DNA from: Promethearchaeota archaeon
GTDB lineage: Archaea > Asgardarchaeota > Lokiarchaeia > Sigyniarchaeales > SOKP01
Direction: 5' to 3'
Assembly: GCA_029838195.1 (NCBI GenBank)
Contig: JALGVJ010000001.1
Coordinates: 128,001-192,000 of the forward strand
DNA: 64,000 nucleotides
The notes under the pieces were generated by a model. That model ran no database searches. It was not told where the DNA came from and worked only from the letters and a program-made list of their open reading frames with translations. Every line of letters begins with the position of its first letter. Position 1 is the stretch's first letter. The position numbers and the translations under genes were made by a program. This document shows, piece after piece, positions 63,606 through 64,000 of the stretch.

Positions 63606-64000
63606 AAACTTTCGGTTATTTTCGATAACGATCTCATAAAAATTTCTGCTTAATATTGTCGGAAAACATAACTTTTTTAAATATTTAAAACAAATCATTA
63701 TTTAGATTTTTAAATTATTCTTTAAAAGGGATTAAAAATTAGAAATTTAACCCATTTAAAACAAGAAAAACCTTGGTCGTTTTGGAGCCGTTCCATTAAA
63801 GAGGATATCGCTAAAAACCAACATGTGAAAGATTGCAGAAAAAAACTATTGGAATCAAATAGGTTAAAATTTCTTTAAAAAATGTTTTCTCGTTTTATTA
63901 TTTTTTTCTTTCTTATAAAGTTAAATTTTCTTTACAAGATTTAGCACGATCATGAGATAAATAAAAATAAAATCCGGTAAATGAAGTTTCATTATTCAAT

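Noticed and set aside
1-64000. tRNA, rRNA, transposase or integrase genes
   Set aside because: No GC-rich cloverleaf or rRNA-like tract and no DDE, tyrosine or serine recombinase motifs seen by eye; a tRNAscan/Infernal run would be needed to exclude fully

Overview
AT-rich (roughly 30% GC by eye) archaeal chromosomal window, most likely from an Asgard archaeon (Lokiarchaeia-like). This is inferred from archaeal RadA, tRNA-splicing endonuclease, CdhA and MtrH-like genes alongside several eukaryotic-signature-type proteins: two Arf/Rag-like small GTPases fused to longin- or roadblock-like domains, a V4R protein, a SNAP-like TPR protein, a vWA-RING protein and a uDENN/longin-ACT fusion. Housekeeping content: purL-purQ-purS/purC, a full UDP-GlcNAc cluster (glmM, SIS-only paralog, glmS, glmU), a 2-hydroxyacyl-CoA dehydratase/activase trio, endA, MEMO1, radA and a stand-alone cdhA. 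A dispersed alpha-glucan set is also present: two GH13, GH57, maltokinase, GalT-like, NDP-sugar pyrophosphorylase and a degenerate PGM. Features the ORF track misses or truncates: a perfect 57-bp tandem duplication, an orphan PCNA C-terminal fragment, a truncated DUF362 gene, an MBL-hydrolase pseudogene, two genes that appear to start at ATA/ATT, and a strong excess of CATG (and CACG/CGTG) words. No rRNA, tRNA, CRISPR array or transposase was seen. All family calls come from motif recognition by eye, not database searches.
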